The notes below the pieces were generated by a model that was not told the DNA's origin, searched no databases, and worked only from the letters and a program-made list of their open reading frames with translations. A program made the position numbers and the translations under genes. Below are positions 9,219-17,534 of a stretch of DNA of 64,000 nt, piece after piece. The DNA comes from an uncultured Actinomycetes bacterium (GTDB taxonomy: Bacteria; Actinomycetota; Actinomycetes; Streptosporangiales; Streptosporangiaceae), in NCBI GenBank assembly GCA_963742875.1, contig CAVUNO010000007.1, positions 65,116 to 129,115 of the forward strand. The letters are read 5' to 3'. The first letter of the stretch is position 1, and every line of letters starts with the position of its first letter.

Positions 9219-11138
9219 CTAAGCTATCCGCGAGTTATCCGCGCCGGCCGCGGGGGGTGGCCCCGCCGGGTCTGTGGTGTGGCCGGGTCCCGGGGCCGCC
9301 CCGGCGCTCCCGTTCGTTTCGGCGCCGAACCCGCTAGGCGCCGCATCATGTCCGTTAGGCAAGCCAGTGCGCCCGTTCGCCTGGACGCCGTTCGCGCGGG
9401 CTGAGGCGCCATTCCCATTCGAGGCCGGAGCCGCGGCCGCCGGCGCTCCGGCGACCGTGGGCGGCTTCGCGGAGCTCGGCTCCTCGTAGTAGAACTGCTT
9501 GCCACGCAGCAGGGAGACCATGGCGCCGATGAACGACATGATGGCGGCGGCGGTGAAGACGATCACCAGGCCATGGTGGAACGGCGCCGAGATGACGTCC
9601 GGGAAGAACTGCTTGCCGGTGAGTACGCCCACCTGCTTGGCGGGCAGTTTGCTCAGCACCCCGGTCGGGCCGAGCAGGTTGTGGATCGGGTTGTAGCCGA
9701 GCAGGGCCGCGAACAGCGTGCTGACCGGGGGCAGGTGGGCCACCTTGGACGCGATGGCCAGCGGCACCCCCTGGCTGTGCAGCCCCGCGGTCAGCGTCCG
9801 GGGCAGGGTGTTCGCCAGGCCGGCCACCATCAGTGAAAAGAAGATGCCGATCGACAGCGCCATCCCGGAGTTCTGGAAGGTGGACCGCATGCCGGAGGCG
9901 GAGCCACGGCGGTAGGCCGGCACGCTGCTCATGATCGCGGATGTGTTCGGCGAGGCGAACAGTCCGGAGCCGACGCCGTTGAGGAAGATCAGCGTGCCGA
10001 AGACCCAGTAGGGGAAGACGATCGGCAGCAGCATCAGGCCGACGAACGCGCAGGTGGCTACCAGCAGCCCCGTCGTCGCGAACAGGCGCTGGCCGTAGCG
10101 GTCGGACAGCCACCCGGAGACGGGCCCCGCGATCAGGAAGCCCGCGGTCAGCGGCAGCATGTAGATGCCCGCCCACAGGGGGGTGACGACGTAATTGTAG
10201 CCGTGCAGCGGCAGCCAGATACCGGCCAGCCAGATGACCAGCATGAACTGCAGGCCGCCGCGGGCGATCGCGCCGAGCAGGGAGGCCACGTTGCCGGCCG
10301 CGAAGGCCCGGATCCGGAAGAGCCGCATATCGAACATCGGCTCGGGGATCCTGTTCTCGATGTAGCAGAAAAGCACGAGCAGAACGACGCCGAGGGCGAG
10401 ACCGCCCAGGACCCACGGGTTCGTCCAGCCGGTGGCACTCCCGCCGTACGGCTGGATGCCGTAGGTAATCGCGACTAGCAGCAGCCCGGCCCCCAGGGCG
10501 AACGTGGCGTTGCCCAGCCAGTCGATCTTGGCGCGCCGCGTCGTGGCGATCTCATGCAGGCTGAGGTACGCCCACACCGTGCCGAACACGCCGATGGGCA
10601 CGTTGATCCAGAACACCGCGCGCCAGTCCCAGGCGGCCAGCAGCCCGCCGAGCAGCAGCCCGACGAACTGGCCCGAGATGCCGGCGATCTGGTTGATGCC
10701 GAGCGCCATGCCGCGCTTGTTGGCCGGGAACGCGTCGGTCAGGATGGCGGCCGAGTTCGCCATCAGCATCGCGCCGCCGAACGCCTGGACGATACGGAAG
10801 CCGATCAGCCACAGCGCGCCGCCGCCGCCCAGCAAGGGATCCAGGGACAGCGCGATGGACGCGAGCGTGAACACCACGAAGCCCAGGTTGTAGATCTTGA
10901 CCCGGCCGAATATGTCGCCCAGCCGGCCCAGCGTCACCACCAGGACCGCCTGGACCAGCAGATACCCGATGATCATCCACAGCAGGTAGCTGATGTTGCC
11001 CGGCGAGAGCGGGTTGAGGTGAATACCGCGGAAGATGGCGGGCATCGCGATGATCACGATCGAGGCGTCGATGGTGGCCATCGTCATGCTGAGCGTGGTG
11101 TTGGACAGCGTGATCCACTTGTAGGCGCCGCTCTTCAT
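9219..11138 (-). CDS. MFS transporter, DHA2 (EmrB/QacA-like, 14-TMS) drug:H+ antiporter family
   Basis: MKSGAYKWITLSNTTLSMTMATIDASIVIIAMPAIF and many TM segments. The ORF is open up to 11270, but the extra 44 aa are non-conserved, so the ATG at 11138 is preferred. Confidence 0.85.
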   Translation of the reverse strand: MKSGAYKWITLSNTTLSMTMATIDASIVIIAMPAIFRGIHLNPLSPGNISYLLWMIIGYLLVQAVLVVTLGRLGDIFGRVKIYNLGFVVFTLASIALSLDPLLGGGGALWLIGFRIVQAFGGAMLMANSAAILTDAFPANKRGMALGINQIAGISGQFVGLLLGGLLAAWDWRAVFWINVPIGVFGTVWAYLSLHEIATTRRAKIDWLGNATFALGAGLLLVAITYGIQPYGGSATGWTNPWVLGGLALGVVLLVLFCYIENRIPEPMFDMRLFRIRAFAAGNVASLLGAIARGGLQFMLVIWLAGIWLPLHGYNYVVTPLWAGIYMLPLTAGFLIAGPVSGWLSDRYGQRLFATTGLLVATCAFVGLMLLPIVFPYWVFGTLIFLNGVGSGLFASPNTSAIMSSVPAYRRGSASGMRSTFQNSGMALSIGIFFSLMVAGLANTLPRTLTAGLHSQGVPLAIASKVAHLPPVSTLFAALLGYNPIHNLLGPTGVLSKLPAKQVGVLTGKQFFPDVISAPFHHGLVIVFTAAAIMSFIGAMVSLLRGKQFYYEEPSSAKPPTVAGAPAAAAPASNGNGASARANGVQANGRTGLPNGHDAAPSGFGAETNGSAGAAPGPGHTTDPAGPPPAAGADNSRIA

Positions 11139-11284
11139 GCGGCCGCCGCTGTCCGTCTCGCCAACCGCCCGCGTACTTGCCCGGGCGCTACCCGTATGCC
11201 CCGCACCGGTCCGGTGCGCGTCGCCTGCCGTCGCGTGCCCCTGTTCCGCCGGTTTCCGCACGTCTCCCAAGCATAGCCCCAGAA

Positions 11285-11302
11285 AGTTGTTTGATCACAA
11301 CT
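11285..11302. promoter_or_regulatory. candidate operator palindrome upstream of the MFS gene
   Basis: AGTTGT-TTGATC-ACAACT has perfect 6-bp arms and sits in a locally AT-richer patch upstream of the MFS start (about 15 bp from the ORF's most upstream start at 11270, about 150 bp from the preferred ATG at 11138). Two 23-24-bp direct repeats follow (11311-11357). Confidence 0.35.
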
Positions 11303-11531
11303 ATTTGCAATGCGAACGGCTTCGCGGCTGACGGTGCGAACGGCTGCGCCGCTGACCATGGGGAGGACTTGGCCGCCAGACTCCAGGGCCGGTTCTGGCG
11401 GGGAACGAACCACCGTGCGGATCGCGGTTGGCCGGTCCGTATCGGCCAGGAGCACCGGAGTACGGTAAAGGCGATCCGGCGGCCGTGGCCCGGCCCCGGG
11501 TTCCGGCTGTTGGCGACGCTGCGGAGGTTAT

Positions 11532-11639
11532 ATGAGCATCCTGGGGACCCGGGTCGTACGGACCGAGGATCCACGGATGCTGACCGTCGCCGGGACGTAC
11601 GTCGATGACCTGCGAGTACCCGAGCTTGAGGGTGCGGCG
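11532..11639 (+). pseudogene. N-terminal fragment of a molybdopterin-dependent dehydrogenase large subunit (CoxL/xanthine dehydrogenase family)
   Basis: MSILGTRVVRTEDPRMLTVAGTYVDDLRVPELEGAA is a typical family N-terminus. Similarity stops after about 36 aa. Confidence 0.5.
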
Positions 11640-11743
11640 CAGGCCACGTTCGACCCGTCGGCCGGATCGAACGTCGCCGCGGCCGGCGGCGTCCGCAAGG
11701 GCGGCGGCGCCGACTTCGATGAGTCAGCGTTCGCGGCCTCGGG

Positions 11744-11938
11744 GTGCTGGACATGGCGCGCGGCCTGTGGGCCGGTCAGCCGCACCGCGCCTCTGGCGAG
11801 CTGGCGCTGCACGTCCTGGAGCTCATGGTGGCCGTTGAGACGTCGCTGAGCGGGACCGTGTTCGAGCCGGTAGATTCCGGCTTCGTGGTGCCGCCGCCGC
11901 TGCCCGAGGAGTGGGACCCCCATGCCCGCACGGTCTAG
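11744..11938 (+). pseudogene. C-terminal fragment of a Gfo/Idh/MocA-type oxidoreductase
   Basis: [26 protein letters not shown] resembles the family C-terminus. There is no N-terminal Rossmann part upstream. Confidence 0.35.
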
Positions 11939-12320
11939 CCAGCCGGACACGCCAGAACTCGGTATCGGGATGGTGGGTTACGCGTTTATGGGTGCGGCTC
12001 ACTCCCGGGCCTGGGCCACGGTGGCCCAGGCGTTCGATGTCCCGCTCCGGCCCCGGATGGCCGCGCTGGCGGGCCGGGACCGCGCGGCGACCCGGGCCGC
12101 CGCGCACCGGTTCGGCTGGCGGCACGCCGAAACCGACTGGCGCGCGCTGATCGACCGCGACGACGTCCAGCTGGTGGACATCTGCTCGCCCGGCGACACG
12201 CACGCCGAGATCGCGATCGCGGCGCTGGACGCCGGCAAGCACGTGCTGTGCGAGAAGCCGCTGGCCAACACGCTGGCCGAAGCCGAGACGATGGCCGACG
12301 CCGCGGCCCGTGCGGCGCGG
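11922..12320 (+). pseudogene. Gfo/Idh/MocA-family oxidoreductase, N-terminal Rossmann domain only (3'-truncated)
   Basis: LGIGMVGYAFMGAAHSRAW...DICSPGDTHAEIAIAALDAGKHVLCEKPLANTLAEAE. Similarity ends near 12320, where the convergent XRE fragment begins. Confidence 0.6.
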
Positions 12321-12324
12321 AATC

Positions 12325-13301
12325 GCACATACCCGGCACGCTTAGCCTGCGCGGCGCGGCCGACAGCCAGCGAACCGTCGGCCAGTTCAATCGCAGCCGA
12401 CACCTCGTGCAGGCCCACGTTGGCAGGACCGAATTCCATCCCGTAATAGTTCGCATTGTCCGGCACGGTCGCGGCGATGCTCCTCGCCTCGCGGAGGTGC
12501 GCGTCAGATTCCTGGCGCCGACCAGCGCGTGCCGCCAGCACGGCCGAGCGTAGATGCAAACTGCCGTACACACTTCGTGCTGGCTCATCCATCCGGCTAA
12601 TGTCCCCGCCCAACTCCGCGCGGGTCCGCTCCATCAAGGCAAGCCCTTGGTCATAGGCCGCGGCGCCGAGCAGCGACGCACCCCGCGACCAATACGTCCG
12701 CGCCACCCGGAGCGGATCACCGGACTGACGGGACGCCCACTCGATCCGGTCCAGCGCCATCGCCCGCAAGTCTGCATAGCCGAGCTGATGCGCCAGCCCG
12801 GACACGCCTCCGTACGCTTCCGCCAACAGCGCATAAAGCGCCGGACGGTCAGCCTCCCGTGCCACCGCAACCGCTGCCTGCAATTCCTCCAGCAGCACAG
12901 GCAGACGCTGACCAAGCTGAAGATAGCGGGCCTGCCGGCCAAGCAGTGATACCGCGCGTACATCCGCTTCCAGCTCCGGAACCGGCCGGGCGGGAACGTC
13001 CAGCGGCGGCGGAACATCGTAAGTCAACAGCGCACGGCGCAACGGCGGGATAGTCGATTGCAAGGCAATATCGCGTCTTTCAGGCCCCTCATACGGGTGC
13101 CCGGTGATCCTCGGCACGTCAACCCGAAGCGCGCGGGCCACCGCACCGATAAACGCAGGGGTAGCGGGCGCTGCGCCCGACTCGACCTTTGGCCAGCAGG
13201 CTGTAGGAAACGCTGGCGCGGCGCGCCAGCTCCCGTCCTGTCCAGCCCCGCATCTTCCGCAGTGCCGCAACACGCGCCCCGATCCGGTCCTGCTCAGCCA
13301 T
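12325..13301 (-). pseudogene. XRE-family HTH regulator with helical C-terminal domain; frameshifted and 3'-truncated
   Basis: The HTH is in ORF 13119..13301 (MAEQDRIGARVAALRKMRGWTGRELARRASVSYSLLAK). The protein continues in the frame of ORF 11999..13363 (VESGAAPATPAFIGAVARAL...). The switch is at the A3/T3 run 13188-13190. Confidence 0.6.
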
Positions 13302-13402
13302 ATGAGCCCCGGCAGTCGATGTTTCAACGGCTTTGAATCTTCGCGACTACTCTCCGCGTCCATCCTGCTCTTACCGAATCAAGGCTCGCAGCGGGAAGAC
13401 CA

Positions 13403-13666
13403 ATGGACGCCACACCTACAAGTATCACCGCGGTCGTAGACGCGATGGAAACCGCGTGTAACGGCCGATGGAGTATCTGGCTCAGCGACAGCGGCCGCTG
13501 GTGGGCTGCCCGCAACCGCGTCCTTGACGCCGCCGCCCTCAACGCGGGATGCGTTCCATTTCTCCGTGCTGATAGCCACGGCGAACTTGCCGACCACATA
13601 CGCGAGCAAGACAACGTTGAAAGCGCGACCGTGAAGTCCACAGGTACTGCGGAGGCCAGCCGGTGA
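13403..13666 (+). CDS. hypothetical small protein
   Basis: 87-aa ORF divergent from the XRE gene. The text is protein-like (GRWSIWLSDSGRWWAARNRVLDAAAL). I recognise no family. Confidence 0.4.
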   Translation: MDATPTSITAVVDAMETACNGRWSIWLSDSGRWWAARNRVLDAAALNAGCVPFLRADSHGELADHIREQDNVESATVKSTGTAEASR

Positions 13667-13730
13667 GCGGCTGGGATGTGTTCACCGGCTCGCCCGCCAT
13701 CCACCCCGGCTGGGTACGTAAGGGCACGTC

Positions 13731-13940
13731 ATGAGGTTCCGCGAGAACAAGCCCGCCGACCTGGAGCGGGCCCGCACCGCCGTCGCGGAATGGCGCGAGC
13801 AGAACCCGGCAGGCACTGCAGATCAGCTCACCGCCGCGCTCGGTTCCCAGTTCCACCCCGACTACGGCCCCGCGCTCCGCGCGGTGCTGTTCGCGTTCGA
13901 CCGGGACCACGCCGACACCACCGAACCGGACAGGCCGTGA
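13731..13940 (+). CDS. hypothetical small protein
   Basis: 69-aa ORF. Its stop overlaps the next GTG start (GTGA at 13937-13940), suggesting coupling. Confidence 0.35.
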   Translation: MRFRENKPADLERARTAVAEWREQNPAGTADQLTAALGSQFHPDYGPALRAVLFAFDRDHADTTEPDRP

Positions 13941-14190
13941 ACACGTCGGACGTGCTCACCGGCGCGCCCGCCGTGCCACCCGGCGCGCTGACCGAGCTCG
14001 CGGCCCTGCGCGCCGCGCTGCCCGGCTATGACGTGACCATCACCAGCCACAGCCGCACCCACCGGTTCGAGGCCACCCGCCGGGGCGACGGCCCCGGACC
14101 CTGGTGCCTGATCAGCAGCGACCCCGCCGACCTGTGGCGCGAACTGGCTGGCCGCGCCCGGCCCGCCTGCACCGCGGGGCGCGGAGCGCA
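13937..14190 (+). CDS. hypothetical protein, 3' end uncertain
   Basis: GTG start, VNTSDVLTGAP...ITSHSRTHRFEATRRGDGPGPWCLISSDPADLWRELAG. The frame then runs into the GC-rich repeat at 14174 and the antisense of mftB, so the true end is probably lost. Confidence 0.3.
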
Positions 14191-14217
14191 GCGGGGGGGT
14201 TCGGGGGGTCGTCCCCC
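14174..14217. repeat. 44-nt GC-rich hairpin module, inverted copy of 53691..53735
   Basis: Its reverse complement GGGGGACGACCCCCCGAACCCCCCCGCTGCGCTCCGCGCCCCGC matches 53692..53735 at 41 of 44 positions. It contains a G6-ACGA-C6-type hairpin. Confidence 0.8.
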
Positions 14218-14223
14218 GGCCCA

Positions 14224-14559
14224 GCACAGTAACCGGGCCCGGATCACGTCCGAGGCGAGCAGGCCGGACAGCGCGCGGGTGTACGTTTCCAGTTGCGCGT
14301 CCGGGACGTGCGCCGCGACCGCGGCGGCGGCGCTGGGGAAGTCACCGAGCGTTTCGACCACCGTGACCAGCGCCGGCGCTTTGAGGAAGACCAGGCGGCG
14401 GTTGCCGTAGTGGTAGGCGAGCGCGCCGAAGCTCTCCGGCCTGATCGCCACCTGCGGGTGCTTCTCGTACGGCCGCGCCGCGTCGAAGGGTACCCGCGAA
14501 GCCCCGGCGTCCACCGAGGTCCCGGTGTCTCCGGAAGATCCGAGTTCCTCGCTGGTCAT
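14224..14559 (-). pseudogene. mftB: mycofactocin chaperone MftB (RRE/PqqD-like); native stop and downstream mftC missing
   Basis: MTSEELG...HPQVAIRPESFGALAYHYGNRRLVFLKAPALVTVVETLGDFPS matches the MftB pattern. The ORF has no stop until 14026 and reads through the repeat at 14174-14217. Confidence 0.6.
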
Positions 14560-14667
14560 CAAGGTCGCGGCGTGGAGACCCCGGACTTCGGGCCGGGGAG
14601 GAGACGCCGCTCCCCCCTTTCCGCGTGTCGCGCTTATCCGAAATGGTGCGATCGGAGAAGCTTGGTT

Positions 14668-14970
14668 GTGGTGCGGACGGCGTACAAGTGCCGGGCCTGC
14701 CCCGCACCGGAGCAGGCCAGCGTGCTGAACCGCACGTTCGGCTGCGTCCGCGTGGTGTGGAACCAGACCCTGGCCTGGCGGCACGCCCGGTACCACGCCG
14801 AGCAGGTGAAGACGGGCTTCACGCAGGCCGAAGACGCCGGAACCGGCGCCGATGCCTGCGGAGCTGATGTCAGACACGGCGGGGCAACCCCTGTGCGGTC
14901 AGCTGTGAAGCAGGAACCCCAGTCCGCGAGAACTGGAATCCCCATCCTTAAGCTTAAGGGTGGGGAGTAG
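14668..14970 (+). mobile_element. tnpB: IS200/IS605-family tnpB relic with a large internal deletion
   Basis: The N-terminus VVRTAYKCRACPAPEQASVLNRTFGCVRVVWNQTLAWRHARYHAEQ is joined after about 55 codons to the extreme C-terminus ACGADVRHGGATPVRSAVKQEPQSARTGIPILKLKGGE. The whole RuvC/zinc-finger core is absent. Confidence 0.65.
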
Positions 14971-14980
14971 CCAAGCTCCT

Positions 14981-16631
14981 ATGGTGGCATTTATGGCTCC
15001 CACGACGGTACCCGGCGGCCTGCCCTCGGCACCCGCCGGGGCCACCGAAGGACTGCGCCTGCGCCCGGACCCGGGGCTGCGCTCGCTGGATGGCGGAACG
15101 GTCTTGCTCGGCGGCGCACCGTACCGGATGCTGCGGCTCGGTCCGGCCGGGGCCCGCCACGTCGCCGGCTGGTGGGACGGCGAGCCCGTGGCCGGGCAAC
15201 CCGGGGCGCAGGCGCTGGCGCGCCGGCTGCTGTGGACCGGGATCGCCCATCCCGTCCCGGCGGGCGGCCCCGGTCCGTGTCCCTGTCCCGGTCCCGGTCC
15301 CGGTGATGTCACGGTGGTTATCCCGGTCCGCGACCGCACGGCCGAGCTGGCCCTATGCCTCAGCGGGCTGGGGGAGTACCAGGTGATCGTGGTGGACGAC
15401 GGCTCCCTCGATCCGGGCGCGGTGGCCGCGGTGGCCGCGGCTGCGGGGGTGCGCTGCGTGCACCGGGCCGTCAACGGCGGCCCCGCGGCCGCGCGGAACA
15501 CCGGCCTGGCCGCGGTGCAGACCCCGCTGGCGGCCTTCCTCGACTCGGACTGCGTTCCGGTGCCCGGCTGGCTCGGCCCGCTGCTGCCGCACTTCCGCGA
15601 CCCGGTGGTGGCGGCGGTGGCCCCGAGGATCGTGCCGTATACGTGTCCGGCTCACACGGGACCCGGCCTCAGGAGCGACGGGCCCGAGACAGGCGGGCCC
15701 GAGACAGGCGGGCCCGAGACAGGCGGGCCCGAGACAGGCGGGCCCGAGACAGGCGGGCCCGAGACAGGCGGGCCCGAGACAGGCGGGCCAGCGGGCTGGC
15801 TGGCCCAGTACGAGGGCGTCAGCTCGACCCTCGACATGGGGCCGGTGCCGAGCATCGTGCGGCCCGGCTCCAAGGTGCCGTACGTGCCAGGAGCAGCCCT
15901 CGTCCTGCGCGTGGCGGCGGCCGGGGACAAGGAGGCGGGCGGGTTCGCCGAGCACATGCCGGTGGGGGAGGACGTCGACTTCGTTCTGGCGGCTGGCCGC
16001 GGCCGGCTGGCATGTCCGGTACGAGCCGGTGGCCACGGTCGCCCACCAGCACCGGGTCCGGCTGGGCAGCTGGTTCGCGCGCCGGATGGACTACGGGACC
16101 TCGGCCGCGCCGCTGGAACTGCGGCACCCGGGTACGCTCCCGGCGGTGGCCATGTCCGGGTGGAGCGCCACCGCGTGGGCCGCCGCCGCGCTTGGCCACC
16201 CGGGAGCCGGCGCGGGGATCACCGCGGCCGCGACGGCGCTGCTGGCCCGGCGCCTGGCCCCGGTCACCGGCGAGCCCTGGCCGGTGGCCGCCAGGCTGGC
16301 GGCGGGCGGCACGGTAGCCGCGGGCCGGCTGCTGGGCAGCACACTCTCGCGGGCGTGGTGGCCGGTGGCGCTCCCCGCCGCGATCGCGGCCCCGCGGCTG
16401 CGGGTGCCGCTGGCCGCCCTGGTCCTCGCCCCGCCCGTGCTCGGCTGGCGGGAACGGCGCCCGCCGATGGATCCGGTCCGCTACGTCTCCGCCCGGCTGC
16501 TCGATGACATGGCGTACAGCCTCGGCGTCTGGCGGGGCTGCGTGCGGCACCGCACCGCCCGCCCGCTGCTGCCCCGGCTGACCTGGCGTGCCACCCCGGG
16601 AGCCGGGAGATCCGGGATACGCTGCCAGTAA
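14981..16631 (+). pseudogene. mftF: mycofactocin-system glycosyltransferase MftF, apparent +1 frameshift near 15984-15987
   Basis: PqqD-like N-terminus (LRLRPDPGLRSLDGGTVLLGGAPYRMLRL) plus GT2 core (VTVVIPVRDR...VVDDGS...GGPAAARNTG...FLDSDC). The C-terminal half (WRLAAAGWHVRYEPVATVAHQH...DYGTSAAPLELRHPG) is in the frame of ORF 16029..16631. Confidence 0.7.
15680..15789. repeat. perfect tandem repeat, 7 x 15 bp (GGGCCCGAGACAGGC) plus a partial unit, in frame within mftF
   Basis: Read directly from the sequence. Units start at 15680, 15695, ... 15770. The repeat encodes (GPETG)7. Confidence 0.95.
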
Positions 16632-16688
16632 TGCGCGATGGCCAGCCGTGCACCGATACGGCGGCCCGCCGGGGCAGGAGGAGTGGCA

Positions 16689-17534
16689 ATGGCGAAGGCT
16701 AACGGCACGCGACCGGGCAAGAAGGCGGCACGGCTCCCTCGCGACGTGTACGAAACGGAGCTGTACCGGCTGCAGGCCGAGCTGGTCAAGATGCAGGAGT
16801 GGATGCGCGTCGGAGGCGCCCGAATCGTGGTTATCTTCGAGGGCCGCGACGCGGCCGGCAAGGGCAGCACGATCAAGCGGGTCGCCGAGTACCTCAACCC
16901 CCGCGTCGCCCGCATCGTGGCGCTGCCCGCGCCGACCGAACGGGAGCGGTCGGAGTGGTACTTCCAGCGTTACGTCAGCCACCTGCCCGCCGCCGGCGAA
17001 CTGGCCCTGTTCGACCGGAGCTGGTACAACCGCGCAGGCGTCGAGCACGTCATGGGCTTTTGCACCAAGGAGGAGTACAGCCGCTTCCTGCACCAGTGCC
17101 CCATCTTCGAGCGGCTGCTGGTCGAGGAGGGCATCCTGCTCCGCAAATACTGGTTCTCGGTCAGCGACGATGAGCAGCAGCGCCGGTTCAAGTCACGGCT
17201 GGACGATCCGATGCGCCGGTGGAAGCTGTCCCCGATGGATTTTGAGTCCGTCACCCGGTGGGAGGACTATTCGCGTGCCAAGGACGAGATGTTCGTGCAC
17301 ACCGACATCCCGGAGGCGCCGTGGAACGTCGTGGAAAGTGACGACAAGCGGCGGGCCCGGATCAATATGATCGCGCACCTGCTCAGCACGATCCCGTACC
17401 ACGACGTGAAGCTCACGCCGCTGCGCCTTCCGGCCCGGCCGCCGTCCAAGGGTTATGTCCGCCCGGCGCGGGACATGCAGGCGTACGTGCCTGACCACGC
17501 CGCCCGGGTGGACCCGCGCGTGACGTCCAGCTAA
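16689..17534 (+). CDS. ppk2: polyphosphate kinase 2
   Basis: VVIFEGRDAAGKGSTIKRV...FDRSWYNRAGVEHVMGF...RRWKLSPMD are PPK2 hallmarks. The ATG at 16689 follows GCAGGAGGAG. Confidence 0.9.
   Translation: MAKANGTRPGKKAARLPRDVYETELYRLQAELVKMQEWMRVGGARIVVIFEGRDAAGKGSTIKRVAEYLNPRVARIVALPAPTERERSEWYFQRYVSHLPAAGELALFDRSWYNRAGVEHVMGFCTKEEYSRFLHQCPIFERLLVEEGILLRKYWFSVSDDEQQRRFKSRLDDPMRRWKLSPMDFESVTRWEDYSRAKDEMFVHTDIPEAPWNVVESDDKRRARINMIAHLLSTIPYHDVKLTPLRLPARPPSKGYVRPARDMQAYVPDHAARVDPRVTSS

Noticed and set aside
14560-14720. Search for the mycofactocin precursor gene mftA upstream of mftB
   Set aside because: I translated all three minus-strand frames. No short ORF ends in the MftA-type ...GVY C-terminus, and the interval instead leads into the tnpB relic.
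15680-15789. Possible CRISPR array
   Set aside because: The units are contiguous 15-mers with no spacers, and they lie in frame within a coding sequence. This is a microsatellite, not a CRISPR.
16029-16631. Separate 200-aa gene downstream of the glycosyltransferase
   Set aside because: Its sequence (WRL.../DYGTSAAPLELRHPG...) is the normal C-terminal half of MftF. I treat it as the same gene interrupted by a frameshift.
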